A program made the position numbers and the translations under genes. The notes beneath the pieces were generated by a model. That model made no database searches and was not told the origin of the DNA. It was given only the letters and a program-made list of their open reading frames with translations. This document shows, piece after piece, positions 37,201 through 46,560 of a stretch of 64,000 nt of DNA (positions are counted from its first letter, which is position 1; the number at the start of each line of letters is the position of its first letter). This stretch comes from Lama glama (taxonomy: Eukaryota), in NCBI GenBank assembly GCA_028534125.1, contig CM052819.1:105524001-105588000 (forward strand), in the 5' to 3' direction.

Positions 37201-38080
37201 GGCCTCTTCTGGGGGGTCTCCCCTCCAGCTGGGGTCAGGTGNNNNNNNNNNNNNNNNNNNNNNNNNNNNNNNNNNNNNNNNNNNNNNNNNNNNNNNNNNN
37301 NNNNNNNNNNNNNNNNNNNNNNNNNNNNNNNNNNNNNNNNNCTGGAGGCTCCTCTGGGGAGCGGTCTTCCCTGTGCTGCGGTTCCATCGGGCTCCCACCA
37401 AGAAGCGGTGTTAGATCTGTTCCATGTCACTGGGTGTCGACGTGGACGCGACATGCTTGGACGCAGAGTCAGCCCAGCCGGCTTCCGTGCTGCCTGCGCT
37501 ACGGGACCTGGTGCTGTTTCCCATCTCTGCGGCCCGCACGGGCTGGCCGGGTGCCGTCTGCTCTGCTCTGTGCTGACGGACCCTCGTACTGTCAGGCCGT
37601 CCCCCAAGGGCTTCTACATTGAGATGCAATAGGGATTTTTCTCTGTTGGTGTGTGGGGCTCATGTGTTAAATGTGCTCCCATTCCTCGAGACAGCCCCTT
37701 TCTTGGGTGTCCGGAGGGACTGACTGGGGGCCGAGTGGTGTCCAGAGAAGGCGGCGTTGGGGGATGTTCGGATGGGGGCCCTTGGCGGGTGTTTCTGGGC
37801 TCTGGAGCAGGTGGTCGAGTGCTGCATGAGCGGGGCTCTCGATGGGGTGGGAGACGCTCTTCGGCCTTGCTGACGGCCTCCTGTGTGCCTTCGCAGCTGT
37901 GACTGGAACCGCTACAACATCCAGTACGCCCTGGCAATTTCCAAGCAGCGGGGTGTGAAGCGCCCCTCGGACCCGCCGGGAAGTGAGGAGGAAGCAGGTC
38001 CGTCCGATGACGACGAGGACAGTCTGCACCTCCTCCGGGGGCACCCCGGGGAGGTGGACACGGATGGGCCGCTGCCCTAG
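24625..38080 (+). CDS. PWP2: PWP2 (UTP1), WD40-repeat small-subunit processome component, 21 exons, 919 aa
   Basis: 21 GT-AG exons sum to 2760 nt with consistent phases; [16 protein letters not shown]...DTDGPLP*; WD40 motifs ([25 protein letters not shown]). Confidence 0.97.
26237..26349 (+). CDS. PWP2: PWP2 exon 2
   Basis: [16 protein letters not shown]...VFDLK; GTAAGT donor. Confidence 0.95.
27067..27161 (+). CDS. PWP2: PWP2 exon 3
   Basis: [31 protein letters not shown]. Confidence 0.95.
27410..27509 (+). CDS. PWP2: PWP2 exon 4
   Basis: [32 protein letters not shown]. Confidence 0.95.
27793..27936 (+). CDS. PWP2: PWP2 exon 5
   Basis: [17 protein letters not shown]...CIDWTDDS. Confidence 0.95.
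28742..28877 (+). CDS. PWP2: PWP2 exon 6
   Basis: [15 protein letters not shown]...[17 protein letters not shown]. Confidence 0.95.
29087..29307 (+). CDS. PWP2: PWP2 exon 7
   Basis: [16 protein letters not shown]...acidic stretch...VKYSRLA. Confidence 0.95.
29616..29759 (+). CDS. PWP2: PWP2 exon 8
   Basis: [18 protein letters not shown]...LIHSL. Confidence 0.95.
30284..30354 (+). CDS. PWP2: PWP2 exon 9
   Basis: [23 protein letters not shown]. Confidence 0.93.
30717..30853 (+). CDS. PWP2: PWP2 exon 10
   Basis: [21 protein letters not shown]...GGDDGK. Confidence 0.95.
31209..31357 (+). CDS. PWP2: PWP2 exon 11
   Basis: [18 protein letters not shown]...VRAFDLH. Confidence 0.95.
31547..31694 (+). 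CDS. PWP2: PWP2 exon 12
   Basis: [15 protein letters not shown]...TGRLLD. Confidence 0.95.
32010..32160 (+). CDS. PWP2: PWP2 exon 13
   Basis: [14 protein letters not shown]...LALTSD. Confidence 0.95.
32841..33021 (+). CDS. PWP2: PWP2 exon 14
   Basis: [17 protein letters not shown]...TAKHSAKG. Confidence 0.95.
33160..33660 (-). mobile_element. Old LINE-1 fragment in PWP2 intron 14
   Basis: attgctgggtcacatggt...ggttccagtttccc...ggagaaatgtctg...ttggtgtcacatccaagaatcc. Confidence 0.7.
33984..34131 (+). CDS. PWP2: PWP2 exon 15
   Basis: [18 protein letters not shown]...LSLDAME. Confidence 0.95.
34442..34550 (+). CDS. PWP2: PWP2 exon 16
   Basis: [18 protein letters not shown]...LPGVKK. Confidence 0.95.
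35072..35137 (+). CDS. PWP2: PWP2 exon 17
   Basis: [21 protein letters not shown]. Confidence 0.95.
35982..36200 (+). CDS. PWP2: PWP2 exon 18
   Basis: [17 protein letters not shown]...ESVPWDE. Confidence 0.95.
36484..36634 (+). CDS. PWP2: PWP2 exon 19
   Basis: [18 protein letters not shown]...HGQKLKS. Confidence 0.95.
36780..36854 (+). CDS. PWP2: PWP2 exon 20
   Basis: [24 protein letters not shown]; GTACGT donor. Confidence 0.93.
37242..37341. other. Assembly gap (100 N) in PWP2 intron 20
   Basis: Run of exactly 100 N. Confidence 1.
37897..38080 (+). CDS. PWP2: PWP2 exon 21 coding part
   Basis: [19 protein letters not shown]...GPLP then TAG. Confidence 0.95.
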
Positions 38081-38346
38081 AGCCGCCCTGCTGCAGGCCC
38101 GCTGGCCGTGCTTGAGACGCCGGGGGAGGTGGACGCCGCTGGAGGTTGGGGCTCTGTCCCCGAGGCTGGCGCTTCTGTGCGAAGCTGTCGCGGCCGCAGG
38201 GTCAGTGAGCTCACGGCCCAGAGCTGGCACGTGAGCGAAAGTGGACGTGGAGCCTCTGCTGCTGAAAACTGAGAGGCGAGTGGGATCATGTGTGTGGACT
38301 CAGACTTTGTATGAGAAATTTTACATTTTTAATACGAAGTTTTGAC

Positions 38347-38352
38347 AATAAA
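38347..38352 (+). terminator. PWP2: PWP2 polyadenylation signal
   Basis: AATAAA about 270 nt after the stop, followed by a U-rich element. Confidence 0.75.
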
Positions 38353-39376
38353 CTTAGGGATGAAAATGTATTTTTCTAAAAAGTAGCTATGGGTTAAGTC
38401 TGGCCTCTGAATTTGAAACATTGGTGCTGTACCCTGAACGTGACTGTCCTGGGGAGAGCAGGGCCACCTGCCTGCTGGCACCTCCTGTCCCCTTGCTTGG
38501 CTGCCCTGTAGTAGAGCCTTTTTGCAGAAGACTAGTACCTCAGTAGCTGGTCTTTCTGTTGTGCGTGCGCAAGCAGCCCACTTGCTCGGTACAAATTTTG
38601 GTGGCCCAGATGGAATCCAAGTCCTGGCTGGATGACAGCTCGTGGCTTGCTGGCACTGCGTTGGGAATGGGGCCTGGATGACCCACCTCAGCAGCTGCCT
38701 AGGTGGCTTTGCCTGGACGACTTGTCCTCGACAGCTCCATCCAGCACAGTGGCAGCCACCTTGGGCGCGTTGCAGGTCCACTTTTGCAGAAAGAGGCTGT
38801 GGAACAAGAAGTCTTCTGGGTGAAGGTCTAGGTGCCTGGGTCCAAAAGCTGTTTTCTCTCCCTGGTATTGACCCTCGTTCAGAGGTCCTGGTAACCTGAA
38901 CGTGGTCTAGATTCTCTTGGGAACTCAGAGCTGAAGTTTGTCTTTGGTGTGATTCAGAGCCAGAAGTTTGTCTGGATCGAGGCCTGTGAATGTGTGTGGC
39001 TGAGTGGTACGTATTACTGTCTCTTACTGTTGTTAGTTTAAACTGAACTGGCTATGTGGGGACTGACCACAGCAAACTGCCCCCAGGAGTAACCTGATGA
39101 GTCTTCTGAGTCCAAAGAAAAGTGCCACTGTTCCTCCAGGCCTTTGCGACGTTCCCAGGTGACTGGGGAACTTGCTCAGGGGTCGGGGCTTCTGCCTGTG
39201 ACCTGCCTGCATTGTTGGTGGGGAAGCAGCTGGCCCTGGCAGCCCTGCTGGGCGTTACACACCCGAGCCTTGCCGGCACCAGTAGGGAGTAGTTGCTGCA
39301 AATACCACCCGGTCCGAGCTGACCCAGCGCCCCTTAAAAAAAACGATCGCTGCAGCCACTGGGGGAAAGCCCCAAA

Positions 39377-39610
39377 ATGGGAACTGCAAATGGTGTACCA
39401 GCCTGCAGCCCAGTGGGATGCAGTCTCCAAAATCGGGGCACTTTTATCTATGAGCTTCTGAAAAAGGTGACTATATATGTATTTTAATACTACCTGGCCC
39501 CAATATCAATTGGAGTTAGGGGAGAAATAGCCCAAAAATGGGTTCTCAGAGGGTCATACCTTTATTGTACCTGGGTTTACTAGGAGTCAAATGGGATCTT
39601 GTTTCTGTTA
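39377..39610 (+). pseudogene. ERV gag matrix remnant
   Basis: MGTANGVPACSPVGCSLQN...NTTWPQYQLELGEK*PKNG, gamma-type MA motifs with stops and frameshifts. Confidence 0.75.
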
Positions 39611-41809
39611 CAAAAATTTGTCAGCAAGAAAATGACATAATATGATGAAACATTAGTCAGTGAATTCAATGTAAATGAAAGTTTTCAGGTGGACTCTGTA
39701 GGAATAATTTTGTTTCAGGTACGCCTGTCTAAAAATAGTTTCTCCAGATTTTGGTAATTTGAAATTTGGTTTTGCGAAGTTAAGTTGAATGAAGGAAATT
39801 TATACAATGTCCGGATCATTTCCAGGTAGGATCAGATACTGAAACACTAAAAACAAGTCCAAGTTCACCTGCTTTTGTCCTCTTACTAGAGAAAAACTAA
39901 AGATGTTTTGGCTTTTCGGACACACCCCCCCGCTGAGGACGAAGCTGCTGTGAGAAGATGTGCATTGCCAGCGGTTACAGGCGATGCTCGCCGGCTGGCC
40001 GGTCGGGAAGCGCGGGTCCGGCCGCCTGCTCACGGTTGTCTCCTTCGTGGTTTCCGCAGGAGATAAAGGTTGTTAAGGCTTAAAAATTGCAACATACGTA
40101 ATTAAAGCTTCTAGAAATAACAAAGGAGACATTTCAGTATGCAAGGCAGGGAGCATGTGTGTGTTTTCAGTAAAAGGAGGTATGAGATGTAGAAATACAG
40201 TTCATTAAGGGGAAAGAAGGTAATTTTGCCTTAAAGCTGGTTATTCCCCAAAGGGGGAGAAAATAAGGGACAAACTTAATACGGACATGGAAGGTTGTGG
40301 AGGGTTCGTGGGAAGGGAGCCCTGGGAGAGGAGCTTTGCGCTTGGTCAGGACTGGCTGTGGCTAGATTGAATTAAAGTAAATGAGTTTTATTAAAAGCGA
40401 GCAGGTGCAAAACTGGAATTTGGTATTCTCTCTCTGTTAGGAGAACAAGGTTTCCTTGGAATATTGATGGCTGTTGGTGAGATTGTAAAGGTTTCTTTCC
40501 CTGTTAAGTAAGGTGGTGTAACTTTCTGTACTTGCCTTTGAAACCTTTTGTTGTCACTTGGTTAAATGAGTGAGTATCATTTCCCCATGACCTACGATCC
40601 TGTTCAGCCAGGTGTTTTAAAACCTTTTTGATATTTTTGACAAACTTCCCAAAGATCAAATTCCAGCTGAAATTCATCTGACCTATAGCTAACTGAGGTT
40701 TTCCAGTGACCCCCGGAACACCTCAAGAAATTTATTTTCTCTTTATGAGAGATATTAAACTAATTAGATTGACTTGTGCATTCAGTTGCATGGGAAGCAT
40801 TGTCAAACGAGTGGGGATAAACCTTCTTAGGTTGTATTATGTGAGTAAATGTCATTAATACAAATGTTCTAGAAACTACGTGGAATTTCTAAAATTTGAA
40901 CATGCTTTGGTATAACATCAGTCATCATTCTAGTCATTATGTTAAAATGTCTGTCACAGCAGCGACCATACTCCTTTGTCAGTTGCATCAGATGTCGGGT
41001 ATCTTTAACCGTGTCTGTGTCAGTCTCTTGTCCCTTATAGACAGTTACCGTTTTACTCTGATGCTTTTGTAAAAATGCTGTATCTTCAAGAAGATTCACA
41101 GAAAGGACTTTGACAAGTACAGGCTTCTGGTAACGTTCAGGCCGTACCACTGAACTGGGTAAGAAATTGAATAATTCTAATGGAAACCCTGAGGGCTTCA
41201 CCAAACTGTTAACAAAAGATCGAGATCAAGGATTAGTTGCACAGGACTGAGTGAACTGACGAATATGGCTATAGTGTTTTGGGGGTTTTTTTGTCTGAAA
41301 TATTACTGGCTTTCAATCCGTGTTTTCCAACTATAAGGAAACCTTTCCCTTTAAGCTAATTATGACTTACAGCAACTTGGTAAATTATACCTTTGTAAGT
41401 GGAATTGAAACATTTTATCTTTTCTGGCTACCTGAACCCTCCAGAAATTGGAAATTCATATGTTCCTAGCAGCCTTATCAGGTAAATAAAGGCCACCTCC
41501 AGACAGGTGCAGGAATCTCCAGACACCTGGGGGACCTTGAGAAGAGAGCAATTCACCAGATCTACAGATATTGCAGGCAGAATCTGATGAAAAGCCCTTG
41601 GTATGGCTTTCCTGGCCTTGAGAGGCCTTTGAAAAGTTCAATCTGAGATTCCTTATGAAGAGTTCCAGGAAAGCCAATTTAAAAGAACCTATATGCTCAC
41701 TTACACTTATATAATTAGGCCAAGGTTTTTGAAACCAGACTTATTTTGCAAACTAATTAGTCTTAATTTGGCTATGTTTCATAGAAATGAGGATAATTTT
41801 AGAGACAGA

Positions 41810-42430
41810 TTATATACCTTAAAGAAGACTTTGGCAAGGATTTGCCAAGAAACTAACCTGACCTGGGACAAGACCTTGCCCATTGTCCCAAAGCAGGCTC
41901 CCAAGGAGCCCCTGTGGGCTGTTACTTGGGAGACCGTCCTCTACAGCACATGTGACCTGGGGAATCCAGAGGGCCAAAGAGGTGAAGAACTTGAGCTTGT
42001 CAGCTATGTATAGACCTTAGGCTGTTCATTAACTGCTCTCCATAAATTCGCCTATGGCAGATTAATGTTTCTTCCTCATCCTCCTATTCTTCTGCGTCCA
42101 GGAGACTAGGCACCACTGAAGTCCTGGCAGGATCAAGCATCCTAGAGACCAGCTCCAGCCCCTGGGGTGGGGTAGGACTGAACGAGGGAGGTGCTCGTGG
42201 TGACTCGCTCGTCTGTATAGCTGCAGGGAATGAAGCCCTGGGTGCGCCACTCGTGAGTCAGGTTAGTTCCCGCCGAGACCACTCCATCCAAGTAAGACAG
42301 GGAACAGGAACTAGAGAGGGAGTGTCACAGAACTCGGGATGTCCGGACGTGGGTTGGTGGCAGACCCCAACACTGACTTTGCACTCCCCGCTGTGACTGC
42401 GAACCCTTAATGATCTTAAATTGCTTTCGA
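41810..42430 (+). pseudogene. ERV pol integrase C-terminal remnant
   Basis: TLKKTLARICQETNLTWDKTLPI; PGD*APLKSW; EVLVVTRSSV*LQGMKPWVRHS; frameshifted CEPL/DLKLL at the pol end. Confidence 0.8.
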
Positions 42431-43533
42431 GGAAGAAACTGTAAGGAGGAAAATGAGGAGGCGTCAGGCTGACTAGCAGGTGGGTCCTCCCAGTCCAGTA
42501 GGGTTGTCTGCTTGTCGTCGGTGCGGTCTTGTCTCTTGTGAAAGTCTGTGTGGCACGTGAGTGTGCAGCCGTTCCCTGTGTGAACAGAACAGTGTGTCCC
42601 AGAGCCCTTCTGCCCTGACCTACTGAGCCAGAAGATGAATACACTCACAGTCCTGTATTTTCAGACACAAATAACTCATCTGTCAATGATCCCCATGGTC
42701 CTGAAGAGAACTGGGTGGACCCTGTTTTTTTTCCCCCCATTCCACCTGCCTCCTGCCAGTTGTCCCGCACTGAGCTTGGGATACAAGAACTGAATCGCCT
42801 CCCAAAAGCCATGGCAGCAAGGGCGAAGAGGGACCTGGGTCTGTCATCCTAATCCTCGTAGTCGGGGAAAAATATACTCAGCCCTGCCAGCCAAAAACGT
42901 CTCCCAGCTCCCCCATTAATTATAAGAGAACTAAATAATATGACCTTGACCTTCCTCTAGAGGCCTCCCTAGCGTCCACTCCCAAAACAGAAATTCCCTG
43001 CTATTAATAAGACTTCTCCTTGTACACTATGCAATTCTCTTAATGCTGAGAACTTAAATGCCTCCCTTCAGAGCTTGGACCCACCATTCACCCACAATCC
43101 AGGACACCTCGCTGATGCCAGCCTTACGAGTTGCAGCCACTCCAGGGGGGAGTCCAAAGTGGGTCAGCACGGGCACGGACCCCAACCAAACATGGGTGAG
43201 CCTCCCAGGATGCTCTCCCGTCTTTCCCGGAGAGCCGGACAACATGCTGGCTACCGAGAGCCCCTCCAGCAGCAAGAATGGCTCAAGCATGCCAAAATAG
43301 AACCTGTGAAACAGGCCCCCAAGGAGGGCTGTGGCTTACCAGACCCTACGAGTTGGGCCCATTGTCTTCCTCGTGTCACTCATGTGCCACTGTCTCATCT
43401 TTGGCCTCAGCCCTTTTCTCTCCAGAAAAACATGTGGGAGTGGTTTCTCTGGGGCCCAGAGAGCCTGCTGCCCAAAGGAAATGCCACCAACAAAGCCCCT
43501 GTGGCCCCCAGGAAAGATGAGATGGAATCTAGG

Positions 43534-43996
43534 TGTTAAGGCCTAACCTCTGGTGCTTAGTCTAGTTTCACCTGCTGGCAGGGGGCCCTGTGCCGAGGCC
43601 TCCCACCTGACACATCGGATCAGTTCCTAGTGCAAAGCCTCTAGGTGTGACACCCTGACTTGGCAAGCCGTGTGCAGAGGGGCTGCTCACGACACCTCAA
43701 TTCAAGGCGGCAACAGCGTGCCGTGTGCAGAAATGCTGCACCTGGCTCTTCCCTCTGGCCTGCGGTGAGCACGTGACTCCACCCAACTCGCAGACGCCGC
43801 CCTCCCTCCAGACCAGACCTGTAAAGCAGCTCTGCTGACGGCCTTTCAGGGGAGCGGAAGCTACGACTTCTCCATCCTTTGTCCAAGGAATAAATCTTCC
43901 CTTTGTTCCTGAACCCACTTGGCTTAGTTTTACTGGTGTCAGTGACACCAGGCAGGAGGACCCCTGTGGGGGCCTGACTCAAAAGGGTCGGTAACA
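43534..43996 (+). mobile_element. Solo LTR inserted in the ERV env
   Basis: TGTTA...TAACA inverted termini; internal AATAAA 43889-43894; 463 bp; no clean target-site duplication. Confidence 0.75.
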
Positions 43997-44029
43997 TGTC
44001 CACTCTGAGATAAGTATTCTTCCCCCAGG

Positions 44030-44515
44030 AAAGCAGACAAAAAGGAAGAGTGCCTCAGGACTGATGATTGCAGGTGCGGCTCGGCACTAGGACCAGCAGC
44101 ACCGCGGGAAGCGGGTGCTGGCCACGAGACTACCCTTCAAAATCTAACCACCTCTGTGGGGGTACTGAGCAAAACACTAGCCTCTAGTTTACACCAATTC
44201 AAGGTGTTGGTGAACTCCTTGGATCCTAGAACGGCCCTGGATTACCTCCTGGCGGAGCAAGGCCATGTCTGCGGGGTTGCTAACAGTGCCTGCCGCACGA
44301 GGACAGGTACCACTGGACCAGTGGAGCAAGATAACAAAGAAAATACACCAACAGGACGGCCGGTTATGTGGGGTCGGTAATCCTGCCCAGGACACATGGA
44401 ATTCTTTATACAAAGCATTTTCTCCCCAGCAAGTCTTGGTTACATGGCTATGCCCACCAATATTTCCTTTGGTCACAGCCACGTTGATTCTTCTGTTTGA
44501 GCCCCTTAATGTTTT
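44030..44515 (+). pseudogene. ERV env TM remnant (EnvV-like)
   Basis: Basic cleavage region KRK; ALGPAAPREAGAGHETTLQNLT; ISD LDPRTALDYLLAEQGHVC; degenerate CX6CC; membrane-proximal TWLCPPIFPLVTATLILLF. Confidence 0.85.
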
Positions 44516-44517
44516 AA

Positions 44518-45280
44518 ATGTATTTATTTATTTAAATTGAAACATAATTGATTTACAATATTGTTAGTTTCAGGTGTACAGCAAAGTGATTCGGTTATAC
44601 ATATGTATTTCAGATTCTTGACTATTTTAAGTTATTAAAGTTCCCTGGGCTATAAAGTAAATCTTTTGTTGTCTATTTTAGGTATAGTGGTGTGTATCTG
44701 TTAATTCCATACTCCTAATTTATCCCTTGCCCCTCCCTCCTTTGGTAACTGTAAGTTTGTTTTCTGTGTCTGTCAGTCTATTTCTGTTCTATAAATATAT
44801 TCATTTGTATTTTTTAGATTCCACATATAAGTGGTATATTTGTTTTTCTCTGACTTTTGTCAGTGTGATTATCTCTAGGACCATCTGCGTTGCTGCAAAT
44901 GGCATTATTTCACTTCTTTTAATGGCTGAGTTTCCATGTGTTGGCTATTGTAACTAGTGCTGCTATGAACAATTAGGGTGCATGTATCTTTTTGAATTAG
45001 AGTTTTTATCTTTTCCTGATGTATGCCCAGAAGCAGGACTGCTGGATCATATAGCAGGTCTATTTTTAGTTTTTTAAGGAGCCTCCATACTGGTTGCACC
45101 AGTTTGCATTCCCACCATCAGTGTAGGAGGGATCCCTGTTCTCCACACCCTCACCAGCATTTATTATTTGTAGACTTTGATGATGGCCATTCTGACAAGT
45201 ATGAGGTGATAACTCATGGTAGTTTTGATTCGCATTTCTCTGATAATTAACGATGTTGAGCATCTGTTCACATGCCTGTC
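44518..45280 (-). mobile_element. LINE-1 3' end inserted in the ERV env
   Basis: (TTTA)n tail then ttgatttacaatattgttagtttcaggtgtacagcaaagtgattc...agattccacatataagtg...gatgttgagcatct. Confidence 0.9.
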
Positions 45281-45518
45281 TGGGCTTACAATTCCTAACT
45301 TTCTTGTCAAGTTTGTGTCTCAAAGGCTGTAGGCCACCAGTTTTCCTGTCATCACCCGGAACTGAAGCGATACCAACCCCTCCAACAGCTCAACGTAAAC
45401 CTGTTTCACTCCTGAAGCCCTTGCTGGGCCTGCACCCCTTAGCAGCAAGAAGCAGCTGGAGCGGGTGGTCGCCCCTGATCCCTCAAGATTGAGGAATGAA
45501 CCAAAGACAGCAGTGGAC

Positions 45519-45990
45519 TGAAACATACCCTGTAATTTACAAGGCCCATGAGGTAGAAACAAGATGAAACAGCAAACACCAAGCTCCTTTTGCAGACCAG
45601 GGAAATGGCAGATAGGAAACAACGTGCTGACAGCAGGCACACTGAGGGGCTAGAAGGAGGAACAGTGAACTCTAGACCTCACAGGTGGAAAATCCAATGC
45701 ATGTTACGTATGACACCCTCCCCCCAATTTGCACATGCGACCCATGAAGAGGCAGGAAGAGGGGGTCCCCGCGCTGCGTAAAGAGCTCTTGAAGCCCACA
45801 TTGCTTCCCACCAATCACATCCCAGCCCCCTCCCCTTCTTGTTCCATACTTCCCTGGTAAATACCCCAGCCCAAAGCCCACGGGGCCACGGATCTGAGCA
45901 TCGCTCCGGCCTCCTTCCCGAGACCCCTGCGGTCAAGCCAGCTGTCTGCAGAAACCTGGCCTCCGTTGCACAGCGAGCTCCTTTACAAAA
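45519..45990 (+). mobile_element. ERV 3' LTR (end approximate)
   Basis: Follows ERV 3' motif cagcaagaagcagctggagcgggtggtcgcccc and a purine-rich tract; starts TGAAAC; CCAAT 45811; TAAATA 45858. Confidence 0.72.
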
Positions 45991-46401
45991 GGGCCAACGT
46001 CAGTGGAAATTCTAAGGCCAGCAGCTGGAGGGGGCGCCGGGCGTGAGGACCCCACGTGGGTCCCGACTGCGCACGGCCAGGAAAACGGGGCGGTGATGGG
46101 AACTGGACATCTGGGCGCCGGCCACTCGGTGTCACGGAGTCACGTTGAGGCCTGACGGCGACGCCGGAGGCCGTATCTTAGCGAAGCGCTCCTCCTGGGA
46201 ACGCCAACGGCGAGGAACGGGCAATGCCCCAAGCCACACGGACCCGAAGTCCGGCCTCCAGCACTCGCGGGGCTGAGCCCGAGCCAGGGGCAACTGCGCA
46301 GGCGCGGGCCCGCCCACCGGCGCTCGCGGGCGGGGCGGGCGGCTGTGCGCAGGCGCGGGCCCGCCCACCGTGACCCTGTGACCCCGCTGTCCCAGTGCAG
46401 C

Positions 46402-46560
46402 ATGGCGGCCCTCAGGTCTCTGCTGGCGTCCAGGCTGGCGGTGACCCCCTTGTTCGCGCTGCGCCCCGTCCTGCTGCCTCTGCCCTTGAGCGGACTGGCG
46501 GCCTCCCCGCGCGCGGCCCTCCACGCCTCCGCGCCGCGCCCCGGGACCAGGGTCGCGCTG
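46402..46560 (+). CDS. GATD3: GATD3 exon 1 (mitochondrial presequence)
   Basis: [12 protein letters not shown]...GTRVAL, Arg/Leu/Ser/Ala-rich with no acidic residues; GTGAG donor. Confidence 0.92.

Larger units (their letters stand above)
38470..45990 (+). mobile_element. Decayed class I (ERV1, MER4-group-like) endogenous retrovirus
   Basis: 5'LTR remnant ending ...cggtaca (38593); PBS-like TGGTGGCCC (38599); gag MA remnant; AT-rich internal tract; integrase C-terminal part; env remnant; 3' LTR from TG at 45519. Confidence 0.88.

Noticed and set aside
42440-45340. Possible domesticated (syncytin-like) env gene
   Set aside because: Interrupted by a solo LTR and an L1, with frameshifts, stops and a broken CX6CC. 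The longest TM ORF is under 100 aa.
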